Source: Bugula neritina
Lineage: Eukaryota > Animalia > Bryozoa
Direction: 5' to 3'
NCBI GenBank assembly: GCA_964035545.1
Contig: OZ037766.1
Coordinates: 3,958,722 to 4,022,721 of the forward strand
Length of the DNA stretch: 64,000 nucleotides
The position numbers and the translations under genes were made by a program. How positions within the stretch are numbered: position 1 is the stretch's first letter; each line of letters starts with the position of its first letter. Shown piece by piece: positions 1 to 10,619 of this stretch. The notes under the pieces were generated by a model. The model was not told the origin of the DNA. It saw nothing but the letters and a program-made list of their open reading frames with translations, and searched no databases.

Positions 1-261
1 TTTTAGCAATTTCAATATATGGTTAAATAATGTATTATTTATTACAGTAACTTAGAGAATATATTTAGACTATTATATATTTCTATGTTATAATAATTCC
101 GGCTCAATTACTTAAGCAATCACTATAAATCACTTTATAAGCTGCATATCAAAGGAGGTTTTAGCAATATATAGTATATTGTCCTGTACTTTTGAAACTA
201 AATTTAGGATGTGGAAATATAACATTGTATTCAATTTAACCAGTTTTCTTTTAGTGGAACA

Positions 262-510
262 TTAGGGTACATAGAGTAGAGTACATAGAGTAGAGTACAT
301 AGAGTAGAGTACATAGAGTAGGATACATAGAGTAGGGTACATAGAGTAGGATACATAGAGTAGGGTACATAGAGTAGGATACATAGAGTAGGGTACATAG
401 AGTAGAGTACATAGAGTAGGATACATAGAGTAGGGTACATAGAATAGAGTACATAGAGTAGAGTACATAGAGTAGAGTACATAGAGAAGAGTACATAGAG
501 CAGAGTACAT
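262..510. repeat. 14-bp tandem minisatellite (GTACATAGAGTAGA-like), about 17 copies
   Basis: Directly visible periodicity; explains the three repetitive ORFs at 231-510. Confidence 0.95.
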
Positions 511-3500
511 ATTATTGTGATTTAAAAAAAATGGATTCCAAATTTAATGTTTGCATGGACAAGTTGTGACAAAAGTGCAGTTAAAAGATTGCAACTTTCC
601 CCACTTATATTAAACACATGCAATGAAGGTAATATTTAATAATCTTTTTCAAATATAGTTGAGTGATGGTGCCAACTAGTTTAGAGTTTAGACTTTTCTT
701 TAACCTGTAAATGTGTTGTACAACCTGGTGGAATCTATAGTACCTTCAGTAAATAATAACGTTCAGAAAGGAGAAAATAACTCCAAAGTAAAAAAAAAGT
801 GCCATTGCCTAAAGGAAATCACTAAGAGCTGGCCTTATTTGTTTGTATCAAGTTCAGTTTCAACTAATTGCCTAAAGTTTTAACAATATAATTGCATAAA
901 CTATTAATTATTTAATTTTAATTAAAAAATATTTTTTCTATCAATATGTAGACTGCAGTTGGCTAATTTCTTGATGTAATTATACATTTGGTTCTAATTT
1001 ATAGATATACAACAAATGAATCTGAAGTGGTTGGAGTCATAAGCTCTTTAATGCCTCAATGCTTCTACTAAGTTGTTGAAGTTTGGAACTCTGCCAAACG
1101 TCTTGTCAACTGTTATACAGTATATAGTTTAATAATAAATGGTTTATTGATAGATTCTATTACAGCAGATGGTTTTTTTTGCTGTTTTATCTAATAAAAT
1201 TGTTTGTTTTTACAGGTTTGCCATCAAATAAAAGTATTCATAATCAGAAAATTTGTGACTATATCGACTATTAAGCACTGCAAGAACCAAATTTTATAAT
1301 ATTTAGAATAAATTTGTACTGAAATGCAGTAAAATAAGATGCCCAGCTTTTACCTTTCACTATAACTTTATAAGTATGTTGCAGACAAGCTCTGCCTATA
1401 GGCAATCCTAACCCTTAAGTACAGTCACTCATCAGAAATACATGCTTGTGGGCAGACGTAGTTATATAACATAATAAGTAAGTTTCTCTAATATTTTGTT
1501 TCATTTTTGTTGTTGTTGATGTTGGACAAAATTTTTATTTAGTAATTTTGTTTCTTTGCAAAAAATATTTAGTTGCTTTGAAGCTTTACGTTATGTTTAC
1601 GTGCGTGAGTATTAGTTGGAATTTGTTTGTGTGAAATAAAAGTTTTTTATTCATAGTAGCTTATCGTCCAAACAATTTGTGGTGTGGAGTTGTGTAGATG
1701 TAGGATGTAATAATCCAATGCTTAAAATGTTGAAAGCTTTATATAATGGTGCACAATAAAGATTCACAACACCCCCAGCTCACTCCCAAAATTAGAAAAT
1801 TCTCTAACAAATCTGACTTTGTTATAAGAAATGCAATGTGGTCCATATCTTTAGCTTTTTGCTGGCAAAAGCGGATAACCAAAGTCTGTAGAATTTTATA
1901 GATTTAGATTTTAGTCTGTCCATGCAGCTTTAATATTTTAGCCTTGCAAGTATTATAGACCTGTATTTTCATGATGATATTTCATTACCAGTGTGCCCAG
2001 TTAGTATAGGTTAGTATTTTGACATCAGTTTAATAAACTTGTGATGGTAGAACCTGGGCTGAGTGACATGTTTGTGGAGGGTATCCACACCCCAGCCTCT
2101 TTCCATTCACTTAGCAAAGATAGAACTATAATAGTAAATGTAGCACCTTACCACTTTCCTATACTAGTCATAGGTATATATAAAGCAACTTATTTGTTAA
2201 CCCCATGCGAGAAGTTATATATATCATATTGTTATTTGTTTACTCCAATTAAAATAATAATTATAGCTCTGCTGACACCAGTATATTTCACACTGACACT
2301 AAAAAGAGACCGCGAAGGCTTAAACCAGCATATGACACATTTATTTAAAAGTTGACTAACTATAATGACAATTGTCAAAGTGAAGACTATACACACCACC
2401 AGCAATAATAACATTGTACACCTCAGTTGTGATTCTGTTAATTATATGCTATTGTTACTATACTGTATATATAATATGAAGCCTGCTTACTGTCTAAGTA
2501 TTGCATATAGGTGGTGTTGCGTATAACAACTTACAGAGTGATACTATGACCTTTAACCCTTTGCTTACAATAATAATTATGTCCTTGAATATTTGAGCAT
2601 AGATTCTATATTATAGACTAGCTCTGGAACTCCAAAGATACTTGGTTTACATAAAACATTGCTACAATTATTATAGTATATCCTATACTAATATTTATTC
2701 CTTAGGTATATTAATTCTTCCTCTTTCTACTTCAATAGTTTTCTATGATATAATTTTCTAACTTTTTTGCTAGATGTGTGATATAATAAATCTTGGTATT
2801 ATAATATTGATTTAGCCAACTAACTTCCAAAGAACTAACTACAGGAAAATTGGCTGTAAACCTAAAAGACATTAATTTATTGTGTAAATCCAAAGACTTG
2901 TATATTTTAATATATCTAAAAACTTCATATTCCTGAATGAACGGTCAATTATTGCATTTTGTAAAAATGACATTTACAATTTTGTAACTTATTCTGCATA
3001 TAAATAGCTTGTAAAATAACATTAGACATGCGCATGTTAAAAACAGACATAGCATCTCAAAATATTACTAATGTTATAGAGTTATCTTCCCTTTAAACCC
3101 ATGATGTTTTACTATTCATTCCTACACCTTTTATATTGTAAATTATATAACAATGAATAGCAGAATAAGTCAATATATCAATATGAATATACTATTAATG
3201 CTTTAAGACAATAGTGATACAAATAATTGTAATATAGCAATATTTTTACAGTTAATATTTTGTATTTATAATCATTGCTAAAGATTGTAGCATATAGGGA
3301 GGCAGATGTTATTTTAACCAACTGAACAATAGTTTATATAAATGGTGAGCTACCATGAAAGGTTTTCTTCTGCTACAGCATCAATTCCCTCTGTCCTAGA
3401 CTCTCTCCCCATTAAATAGCATCCCGGCTAGTCCCTCTGGTGTATGAAGCTATAAATACGATAACTTTATGTTGGACTACTCTATAATTAAGTGTTAAAT

Positions 3501-4289
3501 TATGAATATCACAGGCTACATATACGGTTATTACAGCAAGTAGACCATGACGGTATAGCCCCCAGTCTTATAAGTTGTAACTATTATCATAGGCTTCAAA
3601 TATAGGTAGTAAGTACGGCCACCACTTTAGGCCTTTAAAGACAAACTAGAGAATTTGGTATTGTTGGCATAGGTTTTAATTGTGCAAAGTTAGCTGTTAC
3701 TTAAATGACTTTACTAGTAAACAACTGTTGAAGCTCCAATTATCTATGCTATGCCACATTACTTTTCACATGCTTAACTTTTTTGTTTTATGAAGACTAG
3801 GCAGGTATAAAATTCGTAGGAATAAAAGATTATGTGAGAAAAGGAGCTCTATTGCCCCTGCTTGCTGTATAATATGATGTACCATCACTCATACACAATG
3901 CGAGTATACGTATGCAATACAATATTTAAAAGGTTTTTATTTGAACACCTTCGATAAAATGCTAGTTGCCCCGTATTTTAGTTTGAATCGCTGCATTTAT
4001 GTTACGCAAGTTTGATTGGTTTCGACGCTATACTTTAAGATTACTGGTACGTTGTGTAATGTCTCTCGCAAAGCTTTAACCAATGAAAAATAGAACCCAG
4101 TTTATTATTTCACCACTGCCCACCAATAATGATAATCGAAACTATAAGCTCTAGTCGAGTTAAACTTAAAAGCATTGCACCACCAATGCACAATAGCCTT
4201 TGCTATCGATTGATTGTGCAATATTTATCTGCACGATACAACAGATAAGCACAATGCATTCACGTTTGAACATGCCCACCATGGTATGC

Positions 4290-4330
4290 TATATAAAAAA
4301 GAATACTGAGCTCCTAAACCAACAGTTGCT
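4290..4330 (+). promoter_or_regulatory. Probable core promoter of the RBR ligase gene (TATA box and Inr-like site), followed by a non-coding first exon
   Basis: TATATAAAA at 4290-4298, CAGTT about 30 nt downstream, several CCAAT/ATTGG boxes at 4014-4187, donor GTAAGT at 4555, acceptor TTTTAG ending at 5096 just before the ATG at 5134. Confidence 0.55.
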
Positions 4331-5133
4331 GAGAAGGTTGTTCAGAGACTTGGCTGTGAAGTAGAATCAAATTTTCATTTTGATTCTAATTTAATTGTTC
4401 ACTCGCTGTCTCATAGTCATAGTCATACTATAATTTACAGTCACTCTCAGTGTCACTACCACTCTTTGACTTGAATAAACTTCACACGAACTAGAAATAA
4501 AGCTTTAATTTTAATTCCTATTTGTCACAAAACTTTACTCTTCTCAACTTTTCCGTAAGTAAATCTTCAATCTGATAATTCAAAAGAGTATAAATTAAAA
4601 TCATTGTGAATAAGTCGAATTTTTAAATTACTAGAGTAAAAGTGTACCACTAGCAATGATACGTTTGTAGTTGTAGTTATTTGGAGAGTGTTCATATGAT
4701 ATTGTTATTGTATAGTCGTGATGATCGAGTATAACATCAAGAAATATGAATTAAAATTAGAATGGGAAGCTTTAATTTTAGTTCATTATTTTAAAAATGA
4801 AGTTAAATGCAAAATATAATTTAAATTGAGTTTAATTTTTATTCAAAGAACTTCTGTATGCTTGAAAATGGTCATTGTGATTTAAATTTATCGTCAACTT
4901 TGGCTGTCAGTGTAATCAATTCTAGTTTGCAGCTGTCTCGGCTTGGTGAATTATCTGTGTTTTGCAAGTTAAAACTGTAGGGAGGTAGTTGCAAGTTGTT
5001 ATGTAGTTCTAAGCCTTTTAAAAATAGATTAGTAATACTTATTGCAGCAGTATTCACATTGTCATGTTGAAATGACAAAATCTGATACATTTTTAGATTC
5101 AGGAGTATCTAATTTGAAGACACAGCTTCAATC

Positions 5134-8100
5134 ATGGTTCATAAAGGGTTAAAGCGGGGCCTAAATACAGGCAATACAATCAGAAATCATCCAGGTTTGC
5201 CCAACAGTCGTCAGTACCGAAAGTATGGCTGCTTAGTCATCAACAATGACTTAAGAGGAGACAACTCTGTAATAGCAGAAGGAGTGGTGAAGGACTTAAT
5301 GAGTTATCTGCCAACTAAAGGTCAGAGTTCAGTTGAGTATTCTCTGAACAAACGGAGGCGCTGGGAGTTGCCTGAACACATCAAATCCAAGATTGAATTG
5401 GAATCTGACAGCCAAGATATTAAGGTACTGAAAGCTCTCAACTGGTAATATCCATCGCAGTACAATAGTGTATTCGCTAATGAATTAGACTGTCTTCCTT
5501 ACATTATACAACAATTTTTTAGATCACAGTATTGGAACATGTTCTGTCTGATAGAACTAAAGCCGGCATATCTGCATACGACACTTGCACTGGATACTAC
5601 TCTAACGTTGGTAATGTCAGGGAGTGTGTGTCCAACGCTGAAATGAATATCAAGTCGGCAATGCGAGGTCACCGGGAACAAGATCATCTCTCTAAGATAG
5701 AGAGAAGAGAATTAAGAAAAGACTATGAAAGAAGATACGGTAAGTGAAGAATTCAGTTTGATTTTAAGGAAGTTGATTTTCATATGAAGGAAAATGACTG
5801 CAGGTATAAATGTTGTGATGATTTCAGTCTATCTTATTTTATGTCACAGAGTCAGTTGATGAAGCCGAGGATATTTCCACTTATGAGTGTCGCATTGCGA
5901 GCTTCAGCAAGTCTGGTCAGAAGGCGTATAAAGGTTTAGCAGCCAAATCTGGTGAGCATTACTTTGCAAAACAATACAATACAATGCAATACTTTACAAT
6001 ACAATACAATGCAATACTTTGCTATGCAATACTTTACTATGCAGTGCTGGTACTAAAACTAATTTATTTGAGTACAATACTTATCCAAGTCCAACAGTAT
6101 AGATAATGCAATATGTAACGTGATCTGTTTCAGCGTATTATGAGAGAGTAGGAAAGTCAAAGAACAGTCGACGGAGACAATCTCAGAGAAGGGGTTCTGC
6201 TGAGCAGGATTTATATTTCGACCCGCTGTACCTGGATGAAGATGTAGAAGGGGCGGAATACCAAGATAATAGGACTGATCAACCAATCACAGTCTCACTT
6301 GCTGATTGCATCACTTCCTCTCCGCCTACCACTCTAAGATCTCGACACAGGTATATTAGATGTTCCGTATCTGGTTTACCTCCTTGTACTTTGTGTGGCG
6401 GGACTCGCGGCATCACTCGGTATTCTGTGTTTGCAGCAGCAGAAGTAGCACAGACTCTGGTGGCAGCACTGGCAGCAGGAAGGGGTGTCTGGTGTACGTC
6501 GATAAAGTGGCTGGCAGCACAACTTCCCACAACAGCACAACTGCCCCTTCCCACGCTGCCTCTTCCTTCACCAAACCCTACATTGCTGACTCTACGGAGA
6601 TCTTGCTGAAGAGCTCAGACGTCGACATATCGATGCTGACCTTGAACCTGGGCAACAGCTACGCTGAGTCATACTGCACACCCAGGGTTCTCACCATCAA
6701 CTTAACCGAAGAGTTGGGGGTGTCGAACAAGACAGACAAGTTTTACATGGTTCTTGTGCAGAGAGCTGAGGGCGTGGAGTACGACAGATACAGGTGCGTA
6801 TGATGATATGTTGTGTATAATTTCCTGTTTGTATTGGGCACAGCAGTGCAAAGGTTGCTATACGCTGCATTGTGGTTTGTAGAGTATACTGTGCCGGAAC
6901 TTCAGTGACCAATGAGCAAGCTGCTTACATCTCTACACTTCAGCAAAACAAGGAGTACGATTTGGCTACTTTGAAAAGTCTTGTATTGGAATACAGTCGC
7001 TCACTTTCCTATGACACGTAAGTTGTACTCTGTAATTTATGCAATTGCCACCTTTTTATGTTAATTTCAATTACTTATAATTTTAGTGCTTAAACATGTA
7101 CATTTTTAAATTTGTTTGTATTTTAGATCTTCCTCCCAATCTGCCTTTACCGCCAGATACATAACGGCACGCAACAGACCGTTGAGAAACTTCTCAAGTT
7201 ACCAGTGGAACACCAAGTCATCTCTACTGAGTGACCTGAGCAAACAGACCATGTCTAGCTACCAGAGACAGTCAGAGATGAATCTTCTCAACATGAAGGT
7301 AGCATTTCTCTAGACACTCTTTACATCTGAACGTGACTGTTTGTATTCATCGATATTCCGCTTCAAATACTGAATGAGTCAAGTCAAGTGCGAATTCTGT
7401 TTCAGGGGTCAGGTGACGACTTTGTGTTTATTCCAACTCAGTGCCAGCGAGCTGTGAGCTGTAACCTGCACTGTGGAGTGTGTTTCGAAGAGCTGAATGA
7501 TTCCGTCCTCCACTCGGCCATCTTGCCTTGTCAGCACTACTTCTGCAACGAGTGCTGGTCGGCGCACCTGACTACAAATATACGGGAAGGCAAAGTTCAC
7601 ATCACGTGCCCCGAGTACGAGTGTACCAGGGAAGTTGATCCCGTATTCATCATGTCTCTCACGGACTTCAACACGTACAGTATGCACGAGCTACATCTCA
7701 CTGAGTACTCTCTGTTCAGTCAGAAGAAAGCCACCTGGTGTCCTAATGATGTGTAAGTACAGCTGCACTACCCTCCAGTACTATGAGCGAGTGATGAACT
7801 CTGCGTGTCTTATATGTGTGTTGTATTGTGTTGCAGCTGTAGTCGGGTTCTGCATTGTGACGATGATATTGCGGGAAGGTCTGACCCAGTGCCCGTCAGA
7901 TGTCATTGTGGTAAGGAATGCTGCTTCAAATGTCTGAAGGAAGCTCATTGGCCGCTCACTTGTTCTCAGGTACAGACCTACCAGGACAAGCTCCGAGAAG
8001 ATGGTGAGACTTACTATACATATCAATACTTACCCTACTATGTACATATTAATACTTACTATACTACGTACTTATAAGTACTTACTATACTACGTACATA

Positions 8101-9333
8101 TTAATACTTACCCTACTACGTACATTTTAATACTTACCCTACTATGTACATATTAATACTTACCCTACTACGTACATACCAGTACTTACTATACTACGTA
8201 CATATTAATACTTACCCTACTACGTACATCCTAATACTTACCCTACTATGTACATATTAATACTTACCCTACTATGTACATATTAATACTTACTATACTA
8301 CGTACATATTAATACTTACCCTACTACGTACATATTAATACTTACTAAAGTATGTTTAATCTAAACTCATACGGATAAGAGGGTGTAATCTTTCTACTTT
8401 CTTTCTGTAGGTCTACAGCACCTGGTAACAGTAGAAGAAGCCTCCGAGATAGTCGTACGGACAAAGCCCTGTCCACGCTGTAATACTCCTATTGAGAAAG
8501 ATGGCGGGTGTGTGCACATGTCGTGCAGTAGATGCAGAACTGCATTCTGCTGGAGATGTGGGCAGGCATATATGGGCACCGAGTACTATCACACTTGCAA
8601 AGTCGGAGAATTAGGCTATACAGTGAGTTTCTATTGGTTATTCCATGATGACTCATGATGTCCTGTTGGTTGGAAGCTGATTTTAGTAGCAGTTTTATGA
8701 GTTGTCATCTCTTTTTTATAGGTAAGAGAATTCAGTCATGGACTTCCTGATTCAAACAACAGTTCTTACAATGCAGCCTGCTTGCATAGGATTTATAAAG
8801 CCCCATTCAAGAGAACTAAACTCCAAAAGAATGCAGAATCTTTAGTATCTAGTGCCAGCGTAAGTATATACCTGCTGCTACATCATGTTTTTGCCTGGAA
8901 TTTAAATACTTAAAAAGAGATGAACTCTAATGACTTGCTTTAAATTTATTACCTTATCCCCGTGTGCATTATATAATTCTTGTTTGATTATTTACAGGTA
9001 CGCTGCGTTCAGACCTTCCAATCATCTAGCAGTGAGCAGTCACTTCGCAGGTACCTGAACCAAGTGATACGAGCTATATTTGATGCTCACAACCTTCTGG
9101 AATATTCTAATGCTGTTAATGCCTTCAAGAAAGGAAGTAAATACTGTGTGCCTACAATCTCACTCTTGTCATTTCACCTCAGTACTTTAGAGCGACATGT
9201 CACTGCTGGTAAATCTACGAGGAAGAATCTTCAGAGAATTATGAAGTTTTATGATTTAGTCAAGCATTCTACTGACAGATTGGTCAGTGAGATGTCTACA
9301 GCTCTCTCATTGGTTAAACCCGACTCCCAGTAA
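5134..9333 (+). CDS. RBR (RING1-IBR-RING2) E3 ubiquitin ligase, Ariadne-like, about 896 aa, with a long uncharacterised N-terminus
   Basis: Phase-consistent GT-AG exons 5134-5424, 5523-5739, 5850-5951, 6134-6350, 6437-6793, 6883-7017, 7127-7298, 7406-7752, 7837-8003, 8411-8622, 8722-8859, 8998-9333. RING1 CGVC...CQHYFCNECW...CP; IBR WCP...CHCGKECCFKC..AHWPLTC; RING2 TKPCPRCNTPIEKDGGCVHMSCSRCRTAFCWRC with the catalytic Cys; helical Ariadne-like C-terminus. Confidence 0.9.
8025..8345. repeat. 26-bp intronic minisatellite (TATTAATACTTACCCTACTACGTACA-like)
   Basis: Visible periodicity inside the intron between the IBR and RING2 exons. Confidence 0.9.
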
Positions 9334-10085
9334 TTTATTATTATTTTCTCTGGGGTCTCTACTCTTGAGTTTTCTATTTTTATGTCTGGTCAGAGTTATG
9401 TTTTTTCAATCATTCAATGAAGTCATTAAATTTTATAAAAAACAACATATTTTTGATACTATTTTTTATAATTTTACATTTACTTGTTTCTAAACATTAA
9501 TTTAAGGACTGAACTCTAAGAAAATACTATAATATAGTTTTTGAGCTTTACAGTTTATTGAAATTTTTGTTCACATTATCTACTTTGTAGTTTATAAACA
9601 TTTATCTCAGTTATTTTTTCATTGTACCAAATAAATGCACTAATTCAATACTCCTCAGCTCACTCTCTATACAAAAATAAGACTCATTTAATCAGTAATC
9701 TATGGTGCACCAGTTCAATCTAACAGAAACAATGTCTTACACTTACTTTACATTCAAAAGACCCACAATCAATATGAATCTTTTATATCTAGAGGTATGG
9801 GAGAATGGTATGTTGTCTCGAAGTTATAGCAGTTGGCAAAATATTTGCACTTCACTAGATTACCAAATCAAAAGCTGCTTGTAGCATCATTGGGAGTTGT
9901 GCTCCCTAATTATTTGTGCAACAAGCACATAAATGCCTCATAATTGCACATATTGTATGCATTGCATACTAATGCTGTATTTTTTTATTCCAGCTGTAAA
10001 AGCTATTGATATTACAAACTGAGAATTTATTGTTAGAGAGCCACTGCAGAGTATCGGAGTAATTATATAATGTATTGAAGTTTCC

Positions 10086-10325
10086 TCAAACTCTGTTTTT
10101 CTGTTACACAGAGAAAAGGTTCAAGAGGAAAAGTAACGGCATGTAAACATTTATTTGATCATTGCCCACATTGACCTTGCAGCAGGGGTGCTTGACCACT
10201 CAACAGCCTCAGTTATTAATTCAAGGGAAATAACCATTGCACTATAGTTTCAGTTCAGTGGAAATGACTATTACAGTGGCATTTCTAGGAAGCAACCATT
10301 ACAGCTAATAGTAAGCATTGGTTAG
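10086..10325. repeat. Duplicated block downstream of U2 copy 1, paralogous to about 31137-31340
   Basis: Shared long stretches such as TTCAAGAGGAAAAGT...TGTAAACATTTATTTGAT.ATTGCCCACATTGACCTTGCAGCAG...CAACAGCCTCAGTTATTAAT in both places. Confidence 0.85.
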
Positions 10326-10370
10326 TGTAAAATTAGACTTTTTATTCGATTGTATTCTCCCCAGTAGGGG

Positions 10371-10559
10371 AGGTGGGCCGTGCTTGGAGGTACTGCAATA
10401 CCAAGACAACCCGTGACAGAGCCGAAGCAAGCTTCTGCGCTCCGTCCATTTACAAAAATCAGATTAATATCATAGTGACACGATGTGCCACGAATCAGAT
10501 ATTTAACTGATTAGAACAGATACTACACTTTGATCTTAGCCAATAGGCCGAGAAGCGAT
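10371..10559 (-). ncRNA. U2: U2 spliceosomal snRNA, copy 1
   Basis: Reverse complement starts ATCGCTTCTCGGCCTATTGGCTAAGATCAAAGTGTAGTATCTGTTCT (branch-point recognition GTAGTA), Sm site ATTTTTG, loop IV ATTGCAGTAC, about 189 nt. Confidence 0.97.
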
Positions 10560-10595
10560 ACCGGTTAACAGGGTCGTGAGTAAACCTATTGTTAA

Positions 10596-10619
10596 GAAAA
10601 CTTATAAACTTAGAGTGTG
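10596..10619 (-). promoter_or_regulatory. PSE-like element of U2 copy 1 (CACACT-N6-TTATAAGTTTTC, -60 to -37)
   Basis: Same motifs at identical spacing upstream of U2 copy 2 while the surrounding sequence differs; position matches the metazoan snRNA PSE. Confidence 0.7.

Noticed and set aside
231-510. Three 81-83 aa ORFs
   Set aside because: Translations of a 14-bp minisatellite.
950-1480. Exon-like fragments with AG/GT boundaries
   Set aside because: Multiple stops in all frames and no recognisable product.
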